IMG/VR virus record: IMGVR_UViG_3300042276_000119
Location: 1 to 64,000 of that record
Source of the DNA: a virus
Taxonomy: Duplodnaviria; Caudoviricetes
Strand: one strand, 5' to 3'
Length of the DNA: 64,000 bases
A program made the position numbers and the translations under genes. Of the stretch, positions 8,385 through 20,100 are shown piece after piece. A model generated the notes under the pieces. The model worked only from the letters and a program-made list of their open reading frames with translations. It did not search any database and was not told where the DNA came from. The stretch's first letter is position 1. Every line of letters begins with the position of its first letter.

Positions 8385-9566
8385 ATGCCTGAAGCTATTA
8401 TCAAGTACCGCGACACATCCGGTAAGCTGGTTGACAAGAAAATCGACCACACCCTGTACCAGGAAGCTGCCGACAAGAAGATGGACGTACCGACCCTGCT
8501 GATGCACAAGTGTGCAGACGCTGACCTGGACTACGGTACCCCGTTTGAGCAGGCCCTGCTGCACTCCGGCATCATGTCCAAGAAGGATCGTCCCGCTGGT
8601 ATGATCGCGCCTTCCATGAAGGATGTTCTGAGCGGCAACGTCGGCATCGACATGAGCGCTGTCCGTGCACCGGACGGTACCAGCAACAACATCAGTGCCC
8701 GTATGCTGTTCCCCCAGGTGATTCTGGAGACCATTCGTGACTACCTGATCGAAGACCAGTCCGACTTCTTGGATGGCTACAACCAGATGGTTGCGCTGAC
8801 TGAGAACGTGACATCTTCCCGTGTGGATCAGCCGACCATCGACACTCGTGCGAACGAGAGCGTGGATTCTCAGCAGATCGCTCAGCTGGCAGAACCGGCC
8901 AGCCTGGTAGCCATCACTGTTGGTGACACCAGTCACCGCATCCCGACCGACTCTATCGGTCTGATGGTGTCCGACGACGCGCTGGAAGCAACCAGCCTGG
9001 ACCTGGTGAACCTGGCGATGTCTGCCCACGCTCGTGGCAAGCGCATCCGCATGGTCGAAAACAACATCCGCAACATGGTTCTGGGTGACAAAGACCTGGG
9101 CATGTCTGCGCTGCCGACTGTACAGGCGAAGTCCTTCGACTCGTCAATCACCGCTGCTGGCAAGATCAGCCGCAAGGCGTGGATCAAGTGGCTGCGTTCT
9201 GAGTACCAGAAGCGCTCCCTGAACGGTGTGATGATGTCTCTGGACACCGCCATCGAACTGGACGAAACCCTGGTGGCCCTGAACCACAGCACCGACACCC
9301 GCGAAACTGCAGTGGGTTTCGGTATCAGCAACCTGAATATCGCTCCGCCGCGCATTCTGATTGTTGACGAATCTGTTGTGGGTGCAGGTACTATCGTCGG
9401 TCTGGATACCCGCTACGCGATCCGTCGCATGGTGAACGTATCTGCCAGCTACGAAGCCATCGAGAACTTCGTACTGCGTAAGGCCAAGGCATTCCGTGTT
9501 GACCACGGCGAGATGTCCCGCCGCCTGTACGACGATGCCTGGTCTGTGATGACCCTGACTGTATAA
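8385..9566 (+). CDS. Major capsid protein
   Basis: 393 aa, strongly biased codon usage, GAGGA RBS, followed by a hairpin; synteny. Confidence 0.85.
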   Translation: MPEAIIKYRDTSGKLVDKKIDHTLYQEAADKKMDVPTLLMHKCADADLDYGTPFEQALLHSGIMSKKDRPAGMIAPSMKDVLSGNVGIDMSAVRAPDGTSNNISARMLFPQVILETIRDYLIEDQSDFLDGYNQMVALTENVTSSRVDQPTIDTRANESVDSQQIAQLAEPASLVAITVGDTSHRIPTDSIGLMVSDDALEATSLDLVNLAMSAHARGKRIRMVENNIRNMVLGDKDLGMSALPTVQAKSFDSSITAAGKISRKAWIKWLRSEYQKRSLNGVMMSLDTAIELDETLVALNHSTDTRETAVGFGISNLNIAPPRILIVDESVVGAGTIVGLDTRYAIRRMVNVSASYEAIENFVLRKAKAFRVDHGEMSRRLYDDAWSVMTLTV

Positions 9567-9573
9567 GGCTGAA

Positions 9574-9601
9574 GGGGGTCGAAGGGCCCCCGACACACTT
9601 T
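9574..9601 (+). terminator. Hairpin or weak terminator after capsid gene
   Basis: GGGGGTC-GAAG-GGCCCCC followed by a delayed T run. Confidence 0.5.
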
Positions 9602-9619
9602 GCATTCGTTTGGTAGGAG

Positions 9620-9880
9620 ATGACCATGGCAACACGTAAAACAGCTGCTCAAAAGGCCGCTGAAGCTCAGGAACCTCAGGCTCAGGAGCCCCAGGTTCAG
9701 GTTGAGCCAAAGGCAGAACCTAAACCCGCCGCTGGCCTAGCCAAGTTCCAGATGGAACGTGGCGCATATCTGGTTCAGCCATCCACTGGCATCCGTATTT
9801 CTCTCAAAGAAGTGCGCGAGCTGAAGGATGACAGCTGGGCAGAACTGCAGGTGGGCGCTGGCCTGCTGAAGCGCGTCTAA
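9620..9880 (+). CDS. Small head-associated protein
   Basis: AGGAG RBS; low-complexity N-terminus; position after the capsid gene. Confidence 0.6.
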   Translation: MTMATRKTAAQKAAEAQEPQAQEPQVQVEPKAEPKPAAGLAKFQMERGAYLVQPSTGIRISLKEVRELKDDSWAELQVGAGLLKRV

Positions 9881-9889
9881 AGAGGAGCG

Positions 9890-10363
9890 ATGATGGATAT
9901 TCTTGGCGTTGTGACACTTGCGACAATCCGATCTACATTGGGCATGTCTGAGACTGATGCCTCCGATGCCGTCATCGCAAACCTCAACCTTCAGGATGAA
10001 GTCGAAATCGACTTGCAGAGCTGGTTGCCCGACTACCAAGCTGTAATCGACGATACTTGGAGTGCTCAGAGCGCAGAAGTACGTGCCTTTGTGTTTCTGC
10101 GTCTGAAAGCATTCATCAAATACTATGCCTCGGCGGTGCTCGCTGGCTCCGCGCCCGGCCTGCTGCTTCGTAGGATCAGTGACGGAGAGAACGAAGCACA
10201 GCGCTTCGACTCCGTAAATCCGGCCAAGCTGGCCGATGACTTGTATGCGAAAGCAGACGAGTTCCGTCAATCAATTGTCGATAAGATGAACCCGCTGGCA
10301 AGCGGCACATTCCCGCTGTTTGGCGTGGTCAGCCCGTCTTACGATCCGGTGGTTGGCGAATGA
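9890..10363 (+). CDS. Head-tail adaptor
   Basis: 157 aa, helical; synteny. Confidence 0.6.
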   Translation: MMDILGVVTLATIRSTLGMSETDASDAVIANLNLQDEVEIDLQSWLPDYQAVIDDTWSAQSAEVRAFVFLRLKAFIKYYASAVLAGSAPGLLLRRISDGENEAQRFDSVNPAKLADDLYAKADEFRQSIVDKMNPLASGTFPLFGVVSPSYDPVVGE

Positions 10364-11259
10364 ACCTGACCAGGGTTGCAAACCACTTCAACGCCAACGA
10401 GTTCGAGTACATGGACCCGGTAACTCGACAGTGGGTGGACGGTTTTGAGGGGCGGTTCGCAGCTGCAGACAGGTTCTTGTCCAACTTCAACCGGCCTACC
10501 CGAAAGCGGATGTTGAACTGTGCGTTCGACCTGAATCTTGAGCCGTATGACGTTATCAGGTCGAAGGCCACGAAAGAGGTCTACCTGCTTGGTGTCGCCC
10601 GTCGGGACACCCTATGGATGCAAGAGATCACTCAGCTGATCATCTGCCACATGGTAACCCCAGACCTGTCAGCCGGGATCGCGGTCGTAGAGCGTCCAAG
10701 TGTCTCTGGCACTGGCGACGACCTCGGTTGGGTCACACTGCAGCCGATCACCGAGACATACATCGACTTGGAACTGCGTACAACGGCCAAGGAGCCCGGT
10801 TCTAAGCAGGTGGAGCTTGGGCACTACTTCGGCTTTGCCGAGGCCAGAATGGACGTTAAAGACGGCGACAGGCTTACTCTGAACGGCGTGTACTACGTGG
10901 TGGACGAAGCTGCTTACGATTCAGGGTTCAGATTGCTACGACTGACGGATCGGGACGTTCACTATGTCGATATGGTGTTCACTATCAGTGCCGGTACCCG
11001 TACTTACGACCGCACCACCGGACAGTACACCAGCACACCGGTCACCAGAAACGTCAGCGGCATTCTGACAGACCTGCATGACTCTGATGACGGCTTCTCA
11101 AAAGACTCTGCGGACTACACCGAGGTGCGGATCGAGCTGGATCACATCGGGTTTGAGCCTAAACCCAATATGGCAGTGGAGCTGAACGGCAAGTCGTACA
11201 CGATCAGCTATGTCCAGCAGGCGGAATATCGCCGGCAGTGGATTGTGAGGATGAAGTGA
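10360..11259 (+). CDS. Head closure/neck protein
   Basis: ATGA-coupled; beta-barrel-like segments GDRLTLNGVYYVV and VELNGKSYTI. Confidence 0.55.
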   Translation: MNLTRVANHFNANEFEYMDPVTRQWVDGFEGRFAAADRFLSNFNRPTRKRMLNCAFDLNLEPYDVIRSKATKEVYLLGVARRDTLWMQEITQLIICHMVTPDLSAGIAVVERPSVSGTGDDLGWVTLQPITETYIDLELRTTAKEPGSKQVELGHYFGFAEARMDVKDGDRLTLNGVYYVVDEAAYDSGFRLLRLTDRDVHYVDMVFTISAGTRTYDRTTGQYTSTPVTRNVSGILTDLHDSDDGFSKDSADYTEVRIELDHIGFEPKPNMAVELNGKSYTISYVQQAEYRRQWIVRMK

Positions 11260-11837
11260 TGTCGAAGCTACTTTCTTCAGAGGTTACCCGGCGCCGTGGG
11301 GCCTACTCTAACCAGAACGAAGAATACCTTAAAAGTGTGACAAGGCGACTTACACGCGCCCCAAAAGAGATTCTGGAAGCTGCCATGAAGGAGGCAGCTT
11401 ACTGGGCAGTCACAGCCACTATTCAAGACTCAGGTAACGCTGCTTGGCACTGGTCTATAACTGGTTTTCGCCAGGCCGACGAAAGGACAGATCGTATGTC
11501 CCTAAGACAGAGATACAACGTGTGGCCAGTTGGTGACAGAGGGGATAAAGGGGCAAACAGATCAGAAGTGTTGGCCGACACTATACCCGCTATGAACCAC
11601 CAGATAGAAGATATGATCTACCGGCAGGGGCGAGTAGCGTTTACCCTTTTCAACCCAATAGATCCTGCCAGCAAGTACGGAGAGAGGGCCGGAATGGGTG
11701 AAATATCCCCAGAGATGCTAACTCACCACGCAATGGAGAAAGCTAGGGTGGCAGCGTCCAAGAAAGAGAATGAACTGCAGTCTTTCAACGACGGTACGGG
11801 TTCAAAACGGTACCAAGCCGGTGAGAGAGTCTACTGA
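11259..11837 (+). CDS. Neck/tail completion protein
   Basis: TGATG-coupled start at 11259; TIQDSGNAAWHW resembles the PVDTG..W motif of HK97 gp10-like proteins. Confidence 0.55.
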   Translation: MSKLLSSEVTRRRGAYSNQNEEYLKSVTRRLTRAPKEILEAAMKEAAYWAVTATIQDSGNAAWHWSITGFRQADERTDRMSLRQRYNVWPVGDRGDKGANRSEVLADTIPAMNHQIEDMIYRQGRVAFTLFNPIDPASKYGERAGMGEISPEMLTHHAMEKARVAASKKENELQSFNDGTGSKRYQAGERVY

Positions 11838-12268
11838 TGCCAACAACACTCCCACAAGTAAAACTGGCCCTGATCAACCACCTGCTCGACAACTGGCCGT
11901 CAACCCCCATCTGCGAGTCAGGTGCCGGTGGCGTAGACATCTCTGGGCAGGTGCAGGACAACCTGTTTGACAGTGAGTACGAATTTATTGAAATAGACAT
12001 CGGCCTCACCGCTCGCGGTGCGGCCGGCGTAAGCAGGCACTCCGGTACCCGTGTGCTTGCGTACCTTGATGTACAAATGTACATAATGCCTGGAAGTGGT
12101 ACCATGCGGTTGGCCGAATTGGAAAGCCAGCTATACCCGCTAGTTGAGAGGAAAACGATAGGCGGAGCGGAAATCCGTAACGCCCAAGGACAGTCCAAAC
12201 CCTACGAATTCCGTGGAAGGCTGACCAAGATCGTTTCATTCCCAATCGAGTATTTTGAAACAACCTAA
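11837..12268 (+). CDS. Tail terminator protein
   Basis: 143 aa directly before the tail tube; VQMYIMPGSG...VSFPIEY pattern. Confidence 0.6.
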   Translation: MPTTLPQVKLALINHLLDNWPSTPICESGAGGVDISGQVQDNLFDSEYEFIEIDIGLTARGAAGVSRHSGTRVLAYLDVQMYIMPGSGTMRLAELESQLYPLVERKTIGGAEIRNAQGQSKPYEFRGRLTKIVSFPIEYFETT

Positions 12269-12278
12269 GAGGTGACTT

Positions 12279-13304
12279 ATGAGTTTTACAGACTCGAATA
12301 CATCACAGCTGGCATACGCGATTGATGCGGCTACCACGCTGGCTGGCCTGACGGCAACTGAACTGAAGCCGATCAACATCCTGAACGACAACCTGAAGCC
12401 GACGATCAGTGCCAAGACTTCAGACGACATCCGTGACGACGGCCAGTATTCCACTGCCCGCACCATGGGTGGCTCTGCTGGTGGCGCTGTGAACATGAAC
12501 TTCCGTTATGGCGAGTACGATGACTTCCTCCGCGCTGCATTCCGCAACGATTGGGTGGAAGACACTGCCGACGCCACAGGCAAAACTCACGTTCTGTGGA
12601 ATGGTCTGGAGAAGGTGCCGTTCTTCTTCGAGCGTAAGCTGAAGCGTCTGGACGATGCCGGTAACGAGTGGAACGACTTCAGACGTTTCTTCTCTCAGTA
12701 CCTGTCCACAGCGACTCTGAATCTGCCGTCTGAAGACTGGGTTACGCTGAATACCAATTTCCTGGGGCTGGGCTTCGCCTACGACGAGCAGGACGCCTCC
12801 GTTGACCCGAAAGCGGGTGAGATCGCTGGCATCACCTACCTGGCCCGGGGCAACAGCGACCCCATCGACTCGTCCAACTCGATCACGTCCATGATCGTGA
12901 AAGACGAAACTGGCACGCCCATGGACCTGGTATTGGAGCAGGGCTCTGTCGAGTTCAACTCCAACCTGCGTGAAGACAAGGCAGTTGGTCATCGGTTCTC
13001 TGCCAACATCGGCTTTGGTCGATTCGGCTGCATGGTGAATGGTACGTTCTACTTCCGCAACCAGGCTGTTCTGGACGCGATGTGGAACGACAAGAACCTG
13101 TCCGTCGAAATCACCTTCACTGTGAACGGCAACGCCTACACACTGGTAATGCCTGCTGTGCGTGTGATGCAGAACGATGAAGACGTTCCGCAGGTGGATG
13201 TGACCATGCGTTCCCCGGTGCAGATGCAGGCGTTCCCGAAGACCGTTACGGTTGCGGGTGCTCCTGTAAACTGCACTGCTTACATTGTGCGTGTAGCAGC
13301 CTAA
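12279..13304 (+). CDS. Major tail tube protein
   Basis: 341 aa, beta-rich, biased codons, SDDIRDDGQ...GGAVNMNFRY; precedes the chaperone and tape measure. Confidence 0.85.
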   Translation: MSFTDSNTSQLAYAIDAATTLAGLTATELKPINILNDNLKPTISAKTSDDIRDDGQYSTARTMGGSAGGAVNMNFRYGEYDDFLRAAFRNDWVEDTADATGKTHVLWNGLEKVPFFFERKLKRLDDAGNEWNDFRRFFSQYLSTATLNLPSEDWVTLNTNFLGLGFAYDEQDASVDPKAGEIAGITYLARGNSDPIDSSNSITSMIVKDETGTPMDLVLEQGSVEFNSNLREDKAVGHRFSANIGFGRFGCMVNGTFYFRNQAVLDAMWNDKNLSVEITFTVNGNAYTLVMPAVRVMQNDEDVPQVDVTMRSPVQMQAFPKTVTVAGAPVNCTAYIVRVAA

Positions 13305-13338
13305 GGTTGCTGGTCAATAACTAGACAGCCGTTTCGGC

Positions 13339-13389
13339 TTGTACAAATGTACAAATGTGCTGTAGTATCTTATGCACATTTGTACATTT
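13339..13389 (+). promoter_or_regulatory. Promoter with TGTACA operators upstream of tail chaperone
   Basis: TTGTAC-N18-(TG)TAGTAT; TGTACAAATGTACAAATGTGC and TGCACATTTGTACATTT. Confidence 0.6.
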
Positions 13390-13409
13390 TTCTTTTATAG
13401 GGTAGACCA

Positions 13410-13847
13410 ATGGCATTTTGCATCCATAACACTGTCACTGACGAAAAAGCTGAAATCGAAGGCATCTGGATGGACTACGATGGAGGCAGTCGTGTGAAGC
13501 TGGCCCGCTTCAACAATGAAAAAGCCCAGCGTATGCGCATGGAGTGGTACCAGGAAAATAAAGCCCTGTTGGAAGCCCTGGCCGATAAAGGCGAGGAAGG
13601 CGAACAGCAGCGCGAAGACCTGTTTAAGGCTGGCGAAGCCAAGATCATGTCTGAAGCAGTTCTGCTCGACTGGGACGGCTTTGAAGACCTGGAAGGCAAG
13701 AAGGTTAAACACACTCAGAAGACCGCTGAACAGTACCTGCTGCTGTCCAAGGACTTCCGAAAGGACATGAGCATGATGTCCGGCAACCGCGACAAGTACC
13801 TGCTGAAAAACCTGCAGGACGACGTTGAGGCCGCAAAAAAGTCGTAA
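13410..13847 (+). CDS. Tail assembly chaperone (gpG-like)
   Basis: Between tail tube and tape measure; ends in the slippery GCA AAA AAG TCG TAA. Confidence 0.85.
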   Translation: MAFCIHNTVTDEKAEIEGIWMDYDGGSRVKLARFNNEKAQRMRMEWYQENKALLEALADKGEEGEQQREDLFKAGEAKIMSEAVLLDWDGFEDLEGKKVKHTQKTAEQYLLLSKDFRKDMSMMSGNRDKYLLKNLQDDVEAAKKS

Positions 13848-14191
13848 GCTGGTACGCTCGTCATGGGGATGTCAATCTGGCATCCCTTCACGAAGCCTGG
13901 AGGCGATGGGGTGAAAAGCCAAAGGTTCTTCAGGAGCACGACGAACTCCCTCAGCTACCGTCGCACTTCAACGAAGCCTTCCACGTTTTCAACTTCCTCA
14001 AGCAGCTAAGACCCTCCAATGAAACGGGCTACCAGCCTATCCCTCTCACCGATGTACAAATGTACATTTGTACCACGTTGCGGTATTCTGACCCCGTTTA
14101 TACCCGGTGGCTCACCGAGGTTGTCGTGGGCTGTGACGCCGCCGAACGCCGGGTAATTTCACAGAAGCTCTCAGAGAAGCAGGGTACTTAA
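13835..14191 (+). CDS. -1 frameshift extension (gpGT-like), absent from the ORF track
   Basis: A AAA AAG at 13835-13841; the -1 frame (VVSWYARHG...SEKQGT) stays open to TAA 14189-14191, 1 nt before the tape measure ATG. Confidence 0.85.
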   Translation, partial: KKVVSWYARHGDVNLASLHEAWRRWGEKPKVLQEHDELPQLPSHFNEAFHVFNFLKQLRPSNETGYQPIPLTDVQMYICTTLRYSDPVYTRWLTEVVVGCDAAERRVISQKLSEKQGT

Positions 14192-14192
14192 C

Positions 14193-17100
14193 ATGGCGTT
14201 TACTCTCGATATTGCGTTAGCTGGGCAGCAGTCTGTAGAGCGGGCTATCGAACAGATCGGGGGTAAGCTCAAAAAGGCGGGGCAGGAAGCAACTAGCCTA
14301 TCATTCGCTGCTGAGAAAGCCGTTAAGGTAATAGGCACTGACTACGCAAAGGCAGCGGCTACCGCAGGAGCTGCCACCGGCACCCTGAACGCTGGGCTTG
14401 AAGCAGAATCAAAGCTCCTTCAGAAAACCTGGCAGGAAACTCAGCGGTACAACAACGTCCTGAAAGACCAGCAGAAATTGCAGCAGCTGGTCCATAAGTC
14501 CTCCAAAGATTACAGCACCGCCCTCGAACAGCAAATCATGCAGATGAATCACGCAGGTATGCGTACAGCCTACTTGCGTGAAGCTGAGATGAAACTGGCT
14601 GAACAGCACAGGAAGCTGCAAGCCGAAGCCTCGCTGTTCAACACCACCATGGCTCAAACTGTACGAGGTATGGAAGCACAGCTAAAAGCCGCAAAGGCCA
14701 CTGAGGAATCCGACCGCAAACGGGCACAGCGGGTCAAAGACCTCACTGCCGAACTGAAACACCTCAGCACCCAAGAGGGCAAAGACGCACTGCTGCTTGA
14801 GCATAAAATCAAGCTCACAAAGGAAGCAGCGCTCGCTGAGACAAAGCGAAAAGAACGGATTGGTGCCCTTCGTTCTGAGCTTCGCTACCTCGCCTCTGAG
14901 GAAGGCAAGAAGGCAGAATCGCTCGCCCTTCAAGTAAAACGCTCGAAGGAAGCTGCTGTCGCTGAAGAGACTCGCAAAAATCGCGTCAAAGACCTGCGAG
15001 CAGAGATACGTTACCTCAACTCTGAAGAAGGCAAGCTCCAGACTTCTTTGGAGGCTCAGGCCAAACGCACCAAAGAGCAATCCCAGCTCGAAGAGAAACG
15101 GGCAAACCGCCTAAAAGACCTGCGAGCAGAGATACGTTACCTCAACTCTGAAGAAGGCAAGCTCCAGACTTCTTTGGAGGCTCAGGCCAAACGCACCAAA
15201 GAGCAATCCCAGCTCGAAGAGACTCGCAAAAATCGCGTCAAAGACCTGCGAGCAGAGATACGTTACCTCAACTCTGAAGAAGGCAAGCTCCAGACTTCTT
15301 TGGAGACTCAGGCCAAACGCACCAAAGAGCAATCCCAGCTCGAAGAGAGACGCAAAAATCGCATCAAAGACCTGCGATCAGAGATTAAGTACCTCAACTC
15401 TGAAGAAGGTAAGCTCCAGACTTCTTTGGAGGCTCAGGCCAAACGCACCAAAGAGCAATCCCAGCTCGAAGAGAGACGCAAAAATCGCATCAAAGACCTG
15501 CGATCAGAGATTAAGTACCTCAACTCTGAAGAAGGTAAACGTAAGGCTGTTATGGAGCAGCAGTTGCGTGGCCAGCGCGAGTTGGTGGTGGAGGAAGAGA
15601 AGCGCCGACAGACGCTGAAAAAGCTCAAGTCTGAACTCGACTACCTGAAAACTGCAGACGGTAAGCGCCAAGAACTGATGAAGTCGGAGCTTGCACTTCA
15701 ACGCCAGCTGATCCAACAAGGCGCAAAGCAGAACGCGGAACTTCGCTCCTCGGAAAACGCTCTCAAACGGTACAACTCTGAGAAGCAGCGAAGCATTGAG
15801 CTTGCCCGCCTAGAGTTGTCTGAAAAGAAAAAGGCTGACAAGGCATGGGCTGAAGAACAGCTTGGCATCAAGAGGACCACCACTGCGTTTGATTCTCACA
15901 ACGCGAGCATCAAACGCCTCCGAGAGGAGATTAAGTTTCTTCAGAGTGCTCAAGGTAAAGAATTTCTTGAATTAGAACGGCAGAGGCGTCTCCTAAAACA
16001 GACCCGTGACGAGCTTGTGAACGCAGGCACTGCCACTGACAGGTTCAGACGTAGCATTACGCAGCTGACGACATCGCTAAACCTTTCCAATCAGGCTACA
16101 GCTGGTTTCCGCGCTGGGTTGTCAGGCTTAGGCGCATCCTTTGGCATGTTTACAAGCTCAACTATCCTGGTTGCTTCTGCAATATACGGTACCACAGCTG
16201 CACTTCGGGAAAGCATCACTGCCGGCGCACAGTTTGAGTCCCAGATGGACCGTGTTAATGCCATCTTGGACTCAACCGGCAACAGCAGTGTGATCCTAGA
16301 GGACCATGTACGAAACTTAGCTAAAGAAACTATATTCACGGCGCGTGAGGTGTCTGACGGTCTGATGTACCTCGGCATGGCAGGGCTAGACGCCGAACAA
16401 GCTATCGAGGCGCTGGAGCCATCTCTTCGGCTTGCATCCATTGGTATGTTGGACATGGGCACTACTGCCGACATCGTGACCAACATCATGGTAGGTATGG
16501 GGCTGGAGGCATCTCAGATCGGAGGGATCGTCGATGACATGGCCACGGCGATCACTAGTTCCAACATGGACGTTCGCCAGCTCGGCAACGCCATGTCCTA
16601 CGTTGCACCCCTGGCCAGAGAAGCCGACATCTCACTGCAGGAGATCACTGCGTCTCTCGAAGTCTTGCACAACACGGGTATCAAGGCATCTCGTGCAGGT
16701 ACGGCGATGCGTACCTCCATGCTGGCGCTGCTGGCACCTACTGCCGAGGCAATGGAAGTCCTGCAGAGGTATGGGATTCGAGTAGACGATACCTCTGGAA
16801 GGATGCGAAATTGGACTGATCTGTTGACAGAGATGGCCGATGCCCAGATGACGCTCTCTGACATCGAGGCGATTGTCGGCAAACGTCAGGCAGCTGGCCT
16901 AAAGGCTATGGTTGACTCCGCAAAAGCAACAGAGGCAGCAGCTGAAAAAGCCAAGAAACTGGGCCTTGAAGTAGGCAAAACTGCATCAGAACTGAAGGTG
17001 CTGACGCAGCAGCTACACGAGAACGCAGGCGCCGCCAAGGTTATGCAGGGGGTCATGGAAGACAACCTGACAGGCGACTGGCTGAAATTTCTGTCTGCCG

Positions 17101-20100
17101 CTGAAGACAAATACATTGAGTTCTATGATCTGAATAAAGAGGAGCTGAGGTTCCTCGTTCAGAGAGCCACAGACTTTGTAAAGGCTTTCGATGTCACACA
17201 GGTAGATACCTTTTTCAGAACGCTCCTTAGTTATTTAGATGAGACCATAGAGCTGCTTGCGGCTATGAAAGCTGCCTCTGTTACCTCCGCTATGGGTAGC
17301 AGCATTGGCGCTGTGGTCGGGGGCATAGCCGGTGGTATCGTCACTAGAACCTCGGTAGGGGTGGCGGCTGGGGCTCAGATTGGGGCATCTGCTGGGCATT
17401 TCCTGGGTGGCGTAGCTGGTGGGGTCACAGCTGCTTACCAAACGGACAAGGGGCTGGACTCCCTTGCAGAGTCCATTTACGGCCCTGCTGGAGGCATGAA
17501 TAGAGAGGAACTTGCGCTTGCCAATCGAGTAGCCCGTTACCGTGACCTTGCCGTAGACGAACTGCTCAAGACTTACGATGCGTTGGAAGCCTCTGCAGAG
17601 ATAAACTCCAGGGCTTTAATCGAGGCTAGGGAAGCCAGAGACACTGCTTTAGCCATTGGAGACCAGGACAAAGCCTCTGAACTACTGGAACTTATAGACC
17701 AGCTCACCAGAAAGACAAAAGAGCTTGAATTGCAGTTGAGAGCTGCGGGGGTTGCCCGTGAAGAGTCAGGGCTGTTTGGCTCCAGGGCAGAATTAGAGAA
17801 TGAACTGGCCTTAGTTGACTCCCAAATTCAGATTGAAGTCGCACAGGTCGGCATCAAACGTGAAGCGGCCCTTAGGAACACAAAGGGAGCACCTGAATGG
17901 GTGCAGCAGTTCGAGCTGAAGGGGGCCGAAGAGGACCTTGTGGCGCTGATGGAACGGCGGGCGCTACTGCAGCAGAACTTGAACGCCTACAAGGCGACGG
18001 AGGTCGAAACTGAAGAACGACTGCAAAGGGAAACCGGAGAGACGGTTAACAACGCTGAGAAGGTCTACCAGTCTTACCTGAAACAGAACGCTGAGATTCG
18101 TGGGCAGGTTTCTGACCAAGAAAAACTAAATGCTATACGGCAACAGTACGCTGAAAAATCCAAGGAGATGGAAACTGCCCGGACCACAAGCCTACTAGAC
18201 ACAAAAACTCTGAAGAAAGAGTTGCTTAAACTCTCGGAGGAGGAGGTCAGGCTTACTGAAAAAATCCGACAGGCTAACGTCAAGATTACCGAGGACTCTC
18301 GGAGAGCCAACGAACAGGCATTCAAACGCATGGTTTCCGCCAAGCAGGAAGCCGAGGCAGTTCGTGACCAATACGCGGCCATTGAGTACCGGAACGAGGC
18401 TTACGAGAACGGGGTCTTGCTGCTAGACGATGAGAACTACGAGCGGGAACGCGCTATTCGCCTGCAGGAAGAGGAGATTGAAAACGCAGAACGTAACCTG
18501 CAGCTGAGGATAGACGAAGGGAAGATCACAGAGGAGGGCATAGCCAGCCTCAGAAAAGAGATTGGTTACCATAAAGACAAGCTTGGATATCTGAAACAGC
18601 AGAAGGTTGAGATTTCAGGAGCTCGCCGCTTTGCTGAACAGCAGGCGCAATCCCTGTCTCAGATGTACTCCACCATCGAGTCCGAAACCGTCGGTCTCCT
18701 GGAGCGTGGATTCAAAGACACCGAGAGCTTCTTCGATAGCATCGTAGGCTCATTCAAGCGAATGCTGGCCGAGCTGGCCTACCAAGCTGCTATCAAGCCG
18801 ATCATCGTCAACATGGTTGCCAGTGTCGGTGGCATGATGGGAATGGGGCCAGCAGCAAATAAATGGGCTGCTGACCAGGGTGTGACCGTTGGCGGCGGCA
18901 TGGGCAACCTTGTCGATATGGGCAAGAATGCCTGGAACTTCTGGAAGGGCGGCGGTCAGGCCGACGTAAGCTGGTTCAACGATTTTGCTACCAGTGGGAT
19001 GGGACAGTCGTTAGGGCTAAGCACTGCAGGCACTACGACCATTGCAACCGCGCTTCCAGGAGGTGGGCAGGCCCTGTCATCAGCGTTACCAGGGGTTGAA
19101 GGGGCACTAATGTCTCCGGTGGCACCACCAGCTGGTTCGTTCCAGGCCATATCTGGGGGTAGTCAGGTAGTGTCCTCCACAGCGCCAGTCATGTCTGAAG
19201 GCGCATCCCTTTTCAGCCAAGGCCTCTCATATTCCCCGTGGGGAGCAGTAGGGGGTCTGGCCGGGTCCGCGCTCGGCGTTGAAGGGTCTGGCAACATGTG
19301 GATTGACACGGCTATGACAACCGGAGGGTCCATACTGGGCAGTATGGCGGGTATCAGTATCGCCACTGCAATGGCTAGTGGGGCAGGAGGCGCCGCTGCA
19401 GGTGCGAGCGCTGGTTCAGTGGCAGGGCCTATAGGTGCAGCTATAGGCGCAGTTATTGGTCTCGCACTTGGAGGTGTGTTCGGCGGAAAACCCTCAAACA
19501 AAGAGGGTCGAGCTACCTACGATTTATCAACCATGGAAGTTGAAATAGGGGGGCAGACAGGTAAAAAGTTCAGCCAGGAGAACCGTGACTCTGCAGAGGC
19601 GCTATCCGAGCTTATTGCTACCAACATAATACCGTCACTTGAACAGCTTGGTGACACGGACATATCTGGCCAGTTTATAGTTGGGGTAGGCAACAGGGAC
19701 CCCATGCGATTCAGCTATAGGGAGCCAGGTTCAGAGCGAACAGGTAAGAATTGGGACTACGGATACGGGCGCGATAACTCTCAGGGCCATAGTTATTACG
19801 ATGCTGTCTCAGGCAACACACGCGATCCAGAAACCTATATAGATAATGTTACTAAGTTTTTCGCTGGGACCATAGCGGGTATTCCTCTAGGCGTATACGA
19901 CGCGCTGAAGAAAGCGGATGAAGGGTACATAGACACTATACGCAGAGTCGAGCTTGGAGCAGAGTTATTCAAAAACGCGGGAGATCAGTTCTCCTTGATT
20001 ACCCCGGATGTGTCTGCTTGGGTGCCGGAGACCGGCGTGGAAAATGGGCCTGACGAAGTTATAGCCAGATTAAGCGACAATTCATCCAGAGGGGATACTC

